From Batkoa obscura (taxonomy: Eukaryota): a stretch of 64,000 bases of DNA. Below are positions 41,701 through 53,857 of the stretch, one piece after another. Location: assembly GCA_030770535.1 (NCBI GenBank), contig JASVEC010000015.1, positions 434,001-498,000 of the forward strand, read 5' to 3'. The position numbers and the translations under genes are program-made. The notes beneath the pieces were generated by a model, which did no database searches, was not told the origin of the DNA, and saw nothing but the letters and a program-made list of their open reading frames with translations. Position 1 is the stretch's first letter; every line of letters begins with the position of its first letter.

Positions 41701-43648
41701 ATGCTGAAGTTATCTACATTGCTATTTTGTGCTGCAATAGCTGTTTTATCTTATTGGATTTATAATGTATGCATTTTGTTTACTATCTTTATAAATAATA
41801 ATGTCCTTCTAGGTGATATACAATCTATTTTTTAGTCCTTTAAGCAAAATCCCAGGGCCATTAATACACCAAATATTTCCTAGTTATTTTAGAATATTCA
41901 CTTTTAACGGAGATATGCACACATATATAAGAGATCTTCATGAAAAATATGGCGAAGCTGTGAGATTAAGTAATTAATCAACTGGTTTAGTATATTAAAG
42001 CTAATGTTTTTACCAGATTGGAATAGTGTATCGTTTTCATCCGATGAAGCAACAAAAGTAATATATTCTACTTATGCATTCCCGAAAAGTGGTTTCTATC
42101 ATGGATTTCAAGTTATTGGGGAAACGATTATCGGTACAATGTAATTAGTTATTGATTAAGATATTTAGGGTATTTACAAGTTTTTTAGGGATAAAGATTT
42201 TCATCGTCAAAGAGTAAATAGTCTATAAATATTATAAATTTAACAATTAAAGATAATTAGAAAAAAATCCTTGCCCCTAGTTTTTCGGATAAAGCTATAG
42301 GAAATATAGAATATTTAGTAAAAGAAAATGTAGATAACTTAGTAAACAAGGTTGGAGAAATGGCTTTAGAGAACAAAGATTTCGATTTTGGTTTATTGTT
42401 TCATTACTTTTCTTTTGTAACAATATATTTCATCCATATTGTTTGATACTAAATTGTATATTATTAGGATGTAATTGGGGATGTAGCTTATGGTAGATCT
42501 TTTGATATGATAAAAAACGGATATCACCCAGTTATTGGATGGATTAAAGATTTTTTCAGTAAAGTTGTTTTAGTAATTATTTATTTATTATACTATAAAA
42601 CGGTTATTAAAATTTAAGGTTGGTGTATTTCCGTTTTTAAAGAAATTCAAATTTGGCAGTCTTACTCAGCTTTATAAAGTAAATTACGAACTATTGAAAA
42701 TTAAAATGATTATCCTAAATTTTATTAGTTTTCCTACGAAGCTGTTAAAAATGCCAAAGAAAGTCCAGACAGGGTAACTGTCTTAAGTACTTTAATTACT
42801 GCTTCTGATCCAGATACTGGAAAGACTCTTAGTGAAAAAGAAATAGTAGAAGAATCCATTGTTCAACTGTAAAATCTTAGTTATCTCATCATAGTATGCT
42901 AATTAATTTATAGTGTCGCTGGTTCAGATACAACTTCTAATTCATTAACTTGGTAATTTAATTATAGCTAAAGCCAAATCATGTATTGAACAAATTGATT
43001 AGGACTTTTTATCTCTTATCAAAGCACCCCGAAATTTACAACAAGTTAAAGATAGAATTGATTGAGAAATTCCCAAACGAAGATACTATAGACTATAATA
43101 GTTGTAAAGAATGTGTTTATCTTAAAGCTGTTATTTATGAAAGTATGAGAATTTTACCAGCTGTTTCTGGGAATTTGCCAAGGTACGCCCCAAAAGGTGG
43201 AAAAGTGGTCAATGGCTATTTTATTCCTGAAAACGTAATTCACTTTGGTATATGATTGGATGTCTTCTAATTTTTTATAGACCATTGTCTCTTCAAGTGT
43301 ACTTGCTCTTCATTATAACACTAAATATTGGAAAGATCCTGAAGTATTTAACCCTGGTAGATGGATTGATGAAAATGGTGAATTTAAATCTCACAAATAT
43401 TTTATGCCATTTTTAATTGGTCCAAGAGCGTGTTTAGGTAGAAGGTAATAATATAAATGATTGCAACTACTTGTATATAATTAAATTAATCTTTTTATAG
43501 CTTGGCTTGGATGGAGCTTTATTTGGCTACCGCTTCACTGGCTAGAAACTTTAGCTTCAAATTAAAGGATGAGAGCGACGTAAAATCTAAATTGCGTATT
43601 GTTACCACTCCAGTCAAGTCTATCAACATGTTTGCATTTAAATATTGA
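41701..43648 (+). CDS. Cytochrome P450, 12 exons
   Basis: TM anchor then FSPLSKIPGP, LHEKYGEAVRL, I-helix VAGSDTT, K-helix ESMR, FNPGRW and heme motif FLIGPRACLG. Confidence 0.95.
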
Positions 43649-45473
43649 TTAAATGGTTTAAATCAATCCTTTTTATATATTTTATTATACAATAAATGTA
43701 TTGCATAGAGTCCTTTGGCTTCTCTATAGTTAATTGTTAGACAAGTACTGAATATATAACCTATCTTTGAAGCTCTTATGTAAAGACTATGCAGTAACTG
43801 TTTATAAGGGTGGTTTTATTTGTACTTCAAATCGAAACCATATTTTTAGCTTAAAAATGAATGAAATCCACTATGGGCAAACTATCTTATATATAAATTG
43901 GTTAGTATGTCTATAAATTATTTTAAACAATTTACATTATAGCTATAATATATAGTTTATTTTCAAATCTCAGTATTTTTTAGTCCCAATGTCTTCGACA
44001 TCATATTTTTATTTAGTATAAAAGATAATCAATAAGGCCAAAACAAGAGTCAAAAAGGGAAGACTTTCAACCAAAGTTTAATGAGTGGGATACAGGAGGA
44101 CTGTAACTATTTGTGGTGCTAAAAATAGCGATAAAAGACTTGTGTGATTTGATAAAATAAACTTAAATATTTAATACAACATTTCATTTATGAAGGAGCT
44201 AAATTAAGATAAAATTAGAAAATCTGACAGAGGTAAAGGATTCATGACTAGCTTGTATTCCGTGTATGCCGCCACAAGGGTAAGAAAAGCTGTCTCTTTA
44301 GGACAGCTACTTAATATTTGAGAGACAGAATTCGTTTTATTAAAGCATTACTTATTAGTTTGATATATTTTTTATTGAATATTGTAAAAGTTTAATGTCC
44401 TTTTAATTTTTAAGAAAAGTTTTTTTGATAAACAAATCTTGAACAAGCTAAAGTTAATAGTTTAGAAGTGTTCAACTAAATAAATATATTTGTCTTCTAC
44501 TTCAATATTAAAAAAAAACATTGCTGTATTCAAACGTAGTTTAATACTAAAAATTATAAGAGCACATTACTTAATGGATTTTTATTTAAATTTTTATAAA
44601 ATTAAAATAAAAAATAGAAATTGGGTGTTATTCAATAAATATAATCATAAAGGTAGTTTATAAAAAATAATGATATGATCAATATAAACTAGGACCAGCA
44701 CTATACATCTGTATAGTAAATAGCATAACTATATTTAGGAATGATTATTATGTGATGTTTGTTTAAAGGTATATTATTCATTGCTATATAATCTCTATTT
44801 AACTGTAAAAAATAGAAGAATATAGAAGCTACTAAAAGCAGATAGACTAATCAAATATTTATATTTTTATATTTTGTAAGCCCGAGGTTAGCCCTGTATC
44901 ATTAAGTCTGCTCAATTATTCGAAAAAGTATAAACTTTCTGAACTTGGCCTTTGTTTTACTAGAGTTTATTCACTGGCTTCCAAGTCTCTTAAACTGGCT
45001 GACTTAAATATTCATTTATGTTACAAACAAAACACTTAGTTTATATCTTTCAAGAGAAAAAAAAGTAACCATTTCAAAAATTGAAAAAGCAAAACCTTTT
45101 TGTAACCAAAAGCCAAGAGACTCGATACTTACTCTCTTGATAAAGTTTAATAATAGAGAACAAGTGGAAAATAGTGGATAGTGATTAATCCTTTGCGGAA
45201 AATGAGCTGTTAAATTATTGATATCTTGTGTAAGTTAGTATTGCGAGCTACCTTTTAAAAAGTTAAAACTGTAAAAGATTTCTCAATTTTGGTTCAACCA
45301 ATAATATTTCTACATTCTAAAGTGTAATAAAGCAATAAAAAGTAAATTGTTTTAGCGACTAAAATTAGTATGAGATGAAATTAGGGAGGTGATTTGAACT
45401 TGGAAATTATATTCTGAAACTTATTTTTTTATATTGATAAGGATAGGAAGGGAATAAAAAAACACGAAGCAAA

Positions 45474-46177
45474 ATGAGAGATGGAGAAAGAATTAATGAA
45501 TGGACTCGTAGCTTAGACTGTGATAAAGAAGTAGAATATTATGATTATTCAGAGGGTAAAAATGGGTATATAAAATATTCTATTGAAATAGCTAATACTA
45601 ATAATGGTATTTAAATTTAAATTAACTGGTAAATAATGACTAATAGGATTGAATAGATTCAAGGCAACACCAACACGATAATGAACCAATAATTTTAAGA
45701 AAAGAATGCAATATTAAAAAATGGGATACTGGTGGTTATGATAGTGATGTGGAGTATATCAATGAGATTAGCGAGGAAGAGTATATTGGTAAACCTAAGC
45801 CTTCACTAATAAATAATAGAAATAGTGGATACAGAAACAGTAGGAATAATCGCACAGATAGAAATACCAATTCTAATAGGAATTTTATTAATGAAAGAAA
45901 TGAATACGAGTATAATAGAGATAATCATTCTAATAGAAGTTTTATTCATGAAGAATTGGATGAAATCATACCGAAATTTGAAAGGATGCAAGTAAATCAA
46001 GAATTTAATTCAAACTGGCGTGATCATTTCCCAGCACCTCAAAGAAGGTACCCAGATGAAGAAACTAAGAGGGAATGGGCAGAATTGAAAAGAAATGCAA
46101 TAAAAACAGAAGTCAAGAAGAAAGATGTACTATGGGACAAATATGATTTATTAGATACCGATACTTTTACGTTTTAG
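45474..46177 (+). CDS. Hypothetical hydrophilic protein (N/R/E-rich), probably 2 exons
   Basis: Long open frame 45657-46177 with coding-like composition. A plausible intron 45556-45656 links it to ATG 45474; 5' structure uncertain and no family recognised. Confidence 0.6.
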
Positions 46178-46186
46178 AAAAAAGGT

Positions 46187-47303
<1,117 letters not shown>

Positions 47304-47531
47304 TTGAAATTTAACTCAAGTTTTATTCTTTAATAGCATAAATATTTGTTAAAACAAATACCTAGAAACTGTCATCTAATACATAAAGCGTGCCCTGTAT
47401 ATTTGTAATAATATTATAAATTTTTTACTATGGTTTTTACGACATCTTATTTGGAACTAGATAACAAAAATGAATTAAATTTATTGCTGTAGAATTTCAA
47501 TAAATCTCAAATATATTCACTACTTTCAATT

Positions 47532-47770
47532 ATTAATTTTACATTTACAAACTAAAATTTAATCAATTTATTAAAAAAATTTGTTCATTTTACAGAAAAA
47601 ATAGCCATTTATCTAAAGTTTAGATAATTTTATGTACAAATAGGGAAATTTCAGGCTCACTTTTACTTTAAAGTGTATAAAAATGAATCAAAATGAATAA
47701 ATTTTTTTTGTAAAATGAACAATCTTTTTAATAAATTGATTAAATTTTATTTTATAAATGTAAAATTAAT
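47532..47770. repeat. Long imperfect inverted repeat (foldback/MITE-like), ~70-bp arms and ~100-bp spacer
   Basis: 47532-47602 is nearly the reverse complement of 47701-47770. Confidence 0.85.
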
Positions 47771-48702
47771 GTGAAAAAGTATATCTTTTAAATTTTGCAA
47801 GGGCTTTTAAAAAGGACTTGAGCATTAAATAGTAGTATAGTATTGAAAACAGGTATATTTTCGAATAATATCGAGCTGTCTTTATCGTCATATAGTAATT
47901 CAAATGTTTTATTTGAAGTTAAAATGATTAAAACTTAAAGATGTTATAAAAGAAGCTATCTATTTTTAAGGACAAAAAAAGAGATAACGAGCCCAGCCCT
48001 GTATTGCAATAATAATAAAATGATTTAAAATAGCTACTATTTAACTTTCTATCTTTACTGATATTTTATAACGTCTATTATTTAACCACATACTTACAAA
48101 CAAGTGGGGTAATAAAGGAGTAAAACTTTTACAAATACGTTATAATTAACTATTTAAAAAACCTTAAATTATGGTTTAATAAACAAATCTAAAAAGATAT
48201 AAGCACCTTATCTGAAATAATTTTTAAACCAAAATGGCTTTGTTGATGTTACAACTATTATGATTTTTTGAACCTTGATTTTTTGCATTATTTTTTAGCT
48301 ATATCATTTGTATTATTGATAATATAAAACTTTAAAATATCAGTTACCAATTAGAACGATTAATTGATTGTATTAAACAATTAAGATCAATGAATATAAA
48401 TAATTTTACCTCAGATCATTTTGTAATCTAATTTCAAAATGTTGATTTCAGGTATAATAAAACAATCTCATAAATGTGACTTCTAATTTATACATAGCTA
48501 AAGAATAACAAATTCCCATGTCTGAAAGTCAATATTTTAAATCTAACCCACTACTTTAAAATAAGATGAATTTATTGAATACTCAAAGCACAAAATAATG
48601 TAGTGATGTCGTTTCAGTAATAAAGATTATAAAAGTTAGACAATCAAATAGATATAAGCTTCAGAGATTAGAACAGGCAAGCGAAAGGTTGATTTTTGAA
48701 AT

Positions 48703-49299
48703 TTAAACAGAAAGGAGAGAAAGACATGGTTTAACGTCAAATCCAAATGCATTTTCAATATCTCCTTCTGGTTGTTTGAATTCGAGTTTGACTTGACACC
48801 CTTTATCGTTAAAATAGTCATCATTCCACCATTTGATAACTCTTTCAGCCTGATCAAGCTGAGAAGGTTCATGGGATCCAAAACATACTACTTCTCTGTC
48901 TCCCTCGCTAAAAGAAAGTCCGCGACGGCGTCGAACAGATTGTGGATCTTTCCATTTTGGAATCTCACTTAACGCTGCGTTGAGAGCTGAAATAAACTTA
49001 TTCCAAAATGCTTCTGGGATATCAAAGTCTTTTAATAAACTTTCTTGGTAATCGTAACTGAGGCCTGGTACAGCAAATGTTGTTGACTATAAATGATATT
49101 AATACTAAACCTATAGAATAATTTAAGGACTTACTTTTCTACGATTAAAATCAGGACGCCTAGGTAACTCTGGAGAAACAATGTCTTCCATTTCAGGCTC
49201 CTCGCAAAAAGATTGGTTTGCTGACCACACTTTAATGGGACGAGTAGATTCTGTTGCATAAGAATTAGAACGTTGTGGTACTGGCATGGCTGAGCTCAT
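48703..49299 (-). CDS. Hypothetical protein, 2 exons; weak resemblance to Erf4/Golgin-A7-like domains
   Basis: GT-AG intron (49135-49087) joins MSSAMPVP...FNRRK to an open exon STTFAVPGLSYDYQESLLKDFDIPEAFWNKFISALNAAL...VIKWWNDDYFNDKGCQVKL...LSV*. GC content is raised. The family call is only tentative. Confidence 0.8.
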
Positions 49300-50130
49300 A
49301 GTCAAGGGTAGCAATAATAATACAAATAGATTTAAAGAATATTAACGGTTTGCTTAATAAAATATTCGGAATAACTCCTGTTGAAATTTGTTTAATGGTC
49401 TATAAAATATAGGATTTGAAAAAGTGGCTCTGAAAGTAAATAATGATAAAAAGAAAGAAGCAAATAAATTTAAGTGATTTGATTTAAGTTTATATTGGTT
49501 TATTTGATGACTAGTCGCTGTGTCACATGCCTGTGATTTCCCAAACCAGGTTTTTATTAAAATTATGCTTAGTTAATGCTATATAATCCAAACCAATCAT
49601 AGTTTATTTATACAATAAAAATGATATTGTTTGTGTAGCCAAGCTTTTATTCTACCTCATCACTCTAAGTTTTTGATGTTTATTGTAGTTTATTAAGAAA
49701 AAACTAATATAACAACCACACCAAAGTTAATTGTGTAGTGTGTTATCCTGAATAAAGAAGTAACATTTTAACAGATAATTGTTTCAAGTATTGGCTGAAT
49801 AATAAAATGCATGAAATTCAATAAACATTCTTTGTTACATCTTCTTTCATAAAATGAATATCTAATAAAATTATCATGTATAAAATTACACTAAGAACCT
49901 TTATAAGAATTATATTCATTTTCTCACATTTAAGACATTTAATATGCACTTATTAATAGGGTTAGATCGTAAGGTATTGCTATTTTTATTCGACACTCAT
50001 TAGAGTTAAGCTTTTGTATGGGACTTCAAAATCAAGTTATCATAAACTGAACATTTATTTATCCTCAGATAAAAGTGTATGTTCAAAATAAAAGCCATAT
50101 AAAAAAATCAAGTAGATTATCATCAATAAG

Positions 50131-50561
50131 GTTGCTATTTCAACTAAGCAATTTAGCAAAATTATATTATAATGAATTCAAATTACTATGTAACGGAACT
50201 TATTTGTCATAAGCAACTATTTTAAAGATTCCAGAATAAAGTGGGCTTTAAATGTTGCTATTTTTTAACATTTAATTTAACAATTTTTATTGTGTAAAAT
50301 AGGATTGATCAAGGGAACCCTTTGTTTCTAATAGTATGGGGTAAATGGGATAGTGCATTTATTGCAAATTATGCCTAAAAACAAGGACAGTTTTTTATTT
50401 GAAGTTCAAACTAAAGGTCATAAGTTAGCAGTTTACATTCAAAAATAGCAACTTTGATATTGAGGTTTAGATTGAGGAGGGGATATTGGGTCTAAAGTGT
50501 GGATTTAACCATCAAAAGCTCAAATATAGCAACTTTCAAAAATATGCTCTGAAGTAGCAAC
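50131..50561. promoter_or_regulatory. Cluster of five TAGCAAC motifs (RFX/X-box half-site-like)
   Basis: GTTGCTA at 50131 and 50254; TAGCAAC at 50446, 50527 and 50555; near-match AAGCAAC at 50211. Confidence 0.55.
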
Positions 50562-50702
50562 CTCCAGTAGTAGTAGAATGAGGCAAGATTTAAGTGGATG
50601 GCAGTAACAAAAATTACCATCATCAAATTAAAATTCAGACTACGCAATGGCTTAAAGTAATACAGAACAATGAAAGCAGTTTATTTTTAAAATTTAATTC
50701 AA

Positions 50703-51530
50703 ATGGAAAAAATATTTAGTATTAATCAAATTCCAACATGGGGCTATGACTCTTTAGTCTATAACGAAGCTAGAAATAATGGACTTGATAGCAATCAATG
50801 TAAGAGCCAATCAAGTAATGGATACGAAAGTAGTTCAAGTAATTCTTCCTCAGATGTAGATGACGAAGAAGAGTTAAATGAGAGTCAGCTTTTTACTGAA
50901 GGCCGTCAAGGTTCCAGTAACACGATATATAATGTCACATTGCCTTTTAAAAAATACAATTATGAGCCCGATTTTTATATTAATTCTAAAGTGTCAATAT
51001 GGAAAGGAGATATAACAAAATTGAACGTGGATGTTATTGTAAACGCAACTACTTTTAAGATATTACACGGGTATGGTGTCACTAAGGCCATCGTTGACGC
51101 TGGAGGACCAGAATTTGTTGCTGAATGTAAATTGATTGGGGGTTGTGGAGTTGGGGACGTTTGCATTACTAAAGGGTATAGATTACCGGCAAAACATGTC
51201 ATACATACTGTTGGTCCAGCATACCAAATTAACGATAAGTTGAAATCTTGTTATGTTAAAAGCTTGGAACTTGCTTCTAGCTTAGACCCTCCAGTAAGCT
51301 CAATTGCTTTTCCATGTATATCTACAGGCATCAATCGATTCCCTAATTTATCCGCAGCTAATATAGCTTTGAATTCGGTTTCTTCTTGGTTAAGAACTCA
51401 TCCAGAAACTAGCATTAAGAGAGTAATATTTTGTACCTATTTAAAAACAGACCAAGAAATTTATTATGATCGAATTTCAACTTATTTTCCGGTTACTCTG
51501 CCAAAGTTTGGTACCTTTGCTTTTCATTAA
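50703..51530 (+). CDS. Macrodomain (MacroD-like ADP-ribose-binding) protein with atypical catalytic motifs, intronless
   Basis: SIWKGDITKLNVDVIVNA, ITKGYRLPAKHVIHTVGP, LKSCYVKSLEL, SIAFPCISTGI and VIFC. Confidence 0.93.
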   Translation: MEKIFSINQIPTWGYDSLVYNEARNNGLDSNQCKSQSSNGYESSSSNSSSDVDDEEELNESQLFTEGRQGSSNTIYNVTLPFKKYNYEPDFYINSKVSIWKGDITKLNVDVIVNATTFKILHGYGVTKAIVDAGGPEFVAECKLIGGCGVGDVCITKGYRLPAKHVIHTVGPAYQINDKLKSCYVKSLELASSLDPPVSSIAFPCISTGINRFPNLSAANIALNSVSSWLRTHPETSIKRVIFCTYLKTDQEIYYDRISTYFPVTLPKFGTFAFH

Positions 51531-51958
51531 TATTTATTTCCTTATATAAATATGGTTCCGTATTATAACCTTAAAATTAGTAGCTGTTTTTAGTTTTACT
51601 TTGATTAACTATGAACTTTAATTTTAATACTAGAAATAATAAAAGTAAAGAGGCGGTGCTAAAAATGCGATCACAAAAGTACTGAGATCTTGTGTAGCAT
51701 GATGTTATAACCTTAAAGCTTATAGAATTAAGTTTATATATTTACAAAGTTTTTAATATCTTTTGTCTATAAAGCTTTAACTATTTTAAAAAGCTTATTT
51801 TACTATTATTTGATAGATATCAAAGTATTGTTTTTAGTTATAAGATATTAATATTATTAGATTGTAGAATGTTTAATGTCCTAACGTTATTACGATTTGA
51901 TGTATTTCTTATCTACATATAACATTTTTATTAAAATATCTATTAAATTAACTTTATT

Positions 51959-52588
51959 TCAAGAGGTAAAAAATAAGATATAGTAAGTTATTGTTGAAGG
52001 CTTATTAATTTCCCTTTTAAAATCATTTTTTTCTAAAATAATAGAAAGATAAGAAACCATAGGCTTAGGCGAATGAGGGGAGTTAACTTTAAGAGTCAAA
52101 GAACCGTCAGTATTTTGAACCTCATCAAAAGCATTAGAAGGTCCAGTGATTGAATATAAAGGATCCTTATGATTAATCGCATCGTAATCCTCAATAATAA
52201 AATCATCAGTTACCATAACTACATATGTAATCATTTCACCTAATCCATTAAACATTAATAAAGAAAATTGTTGGCTTGGGCCAGTGAATTTCACTTGACG
52301 CATCATATTTGGGTTTACTGGAGTTGGGATGTTTAACGTTACTAATAAGGTGGTGATATTCTTTTCACTGTTATTAATTAGTTCAAAATTTTCTTTATGA
52401 CTTGTAAAAAAATGACGCCCAGTTGGCCATGGACTTGTATCGTTTTTCGCTATTAATCCATTACCATTCGTTTCTATAAATTTATGCCTTATAGGGGCCT
52501 CAGGATTCTTATAATCTAAACCCTTGATTTGAAATTTAGCTGCAACGAGCCTTAAATATAGTAGGACTAAAGAAATAGATAAAAACAT
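51959..52588 (-). CDS. Unknown secreted protein, 209 aa, intronless
   Basis: Signal-peptide-like MFLSISLVLLYLRLVAA-K, N-glycosylation sequons (NDT, NNS, NIT), no Cys; no family recognised. Confidence 0.8.
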   Translation of the reverse strand: MFLSISLVLLYLRLVAAKFQIKGLDYKNPEAPIRHKFIETNGNGLIAKNDTSPWPTGRHFFTSHKENFELINNSEKNITTLLVTLNIPTPVNPNMMRQVKFTGPSQQFSLLMFNGLGEMITYVVMVTDDFIIEDYDAINHKDPLYSITGPSNAFDEVQNTDGSLTLKVNSPHSPKPMVSYLSIILEKNDFKREINKPSTITYYILFFTS

Positions 52589-53566
52589 TAGAAGAAGTTA
52601 AAGTGAAATATAATGATAATTATAGCTATAATATATAGTTGATTTATTGTTTTATTTTTGTCAAACACTTAATTAGAATCTCAAAATTTTCCATTGAATA
52701 TATTTCGATTTAAACTTGATTTTTCCAACTGAAAATTGAGTGGCACATTTAATGTTAATTTAAAAATTAGTGTTTTAAACATTCAGTTAAATTATTTCAA
52801 TTTTAAACTCAATTTTATAATATCATGATAAAATATTTATTATCGTATATCGAGGTTAAGTGAAGAAGCAGAATAGTGGTTTGTTATATTTCTTTTGTAA
52901 GAAATAGTTAAATAGAAAATTCTTAGAATATCGGAGATTAACTCAGGATAATAACAATAAATATAGCAATTTAACTCCATATTTTTTATAGTATACATTT
53001 TAAATTATTTATATATAAATGTTTGTAATATATGATATATATTTTAGTATAGCTTTTTTATAAAACATTACTTATTTAAAATCTCTATCTTTAATATCAA
53101 CGTCATAAGAACAGCCTAATTAGACCTTAATTGGACCTTAGCTTTAGTAAAGATTGTAATCCTTAGTAGCTCTACCATTAGCTGTAATTACAGCACAAGG
53201 TTCTATTAAGAAGGCTTTAAATCATTAACCTTAGTAATGAAACTAATTTTCATATCGAAAGTTAAGGAAAATTCTACGTGTTATTTTCATATGCTCAGGA
53301 CTAGGATTAAAGCTCCTTTCGATAGAATGAGGGGTGGATTGCTTTTGAATATCATTAAAATAATAGCATTATATTTTAAATAAACATAGAATAGCCTAAC
53401 ATAACAAAGTTTATCAATATGCTAATATTGTAATTCGGCCCAAGTTAATGCTTATTTCTAATCATCACGCGATTTTATTTAAATGACACAAATATAAAAA
53501 AGTTAGGGGATGGGGAATATAAAATTCTTAATGCAAGATTAGGTAAAAGTAGGTTTTAGATTCCAA

Positions 53567-53651
53567 CCAATTAGATACATGAAATTCAGATTAATAAAAA
53601 TAGTCAATTAATGATTGGGCGCATGTTTTAATTTTGAGTTAAATGATTGGG
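53567..53651. promoter_or_regulatory. CCAAT-box cluster upstream of OPI1
   Basis: CCAAT at ~53567 and ATGATTGGG twice (53611, 53643). Confidence 0.35.
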
Positions 53652-53857
53652 AAGCAAAAAGGTAAAAGTTAAAGAAACAACTAGTAAGAAAGGGAGAAGT
53701 TATTTAATCAGGTACAAAGAGCAAAATGATTGAATAATTAGTTAAAATTGGACCTGAAATTAGCTTTTATTTTCAAAAAAATATTAACGCCCTTTAACCT
53801 TTTAATTATTTTAAGAGAAGTGCATTATTGTATATATATAGTCCATAAAAGGTTAAA

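Noticed and set aside
44080..44105. EWDTGG resembling KWDTGG in the gene at 45474
   Set aside because: A five-residue match followed by a stop, with no flanking similarity.
50712..50741. FSINQIP at the macrodomain N-terminus as an eh1 motif
   Set aside because: It matches the ordinary (I/L)xxIPTW segment seen N-terminal to MacroD-type domains.
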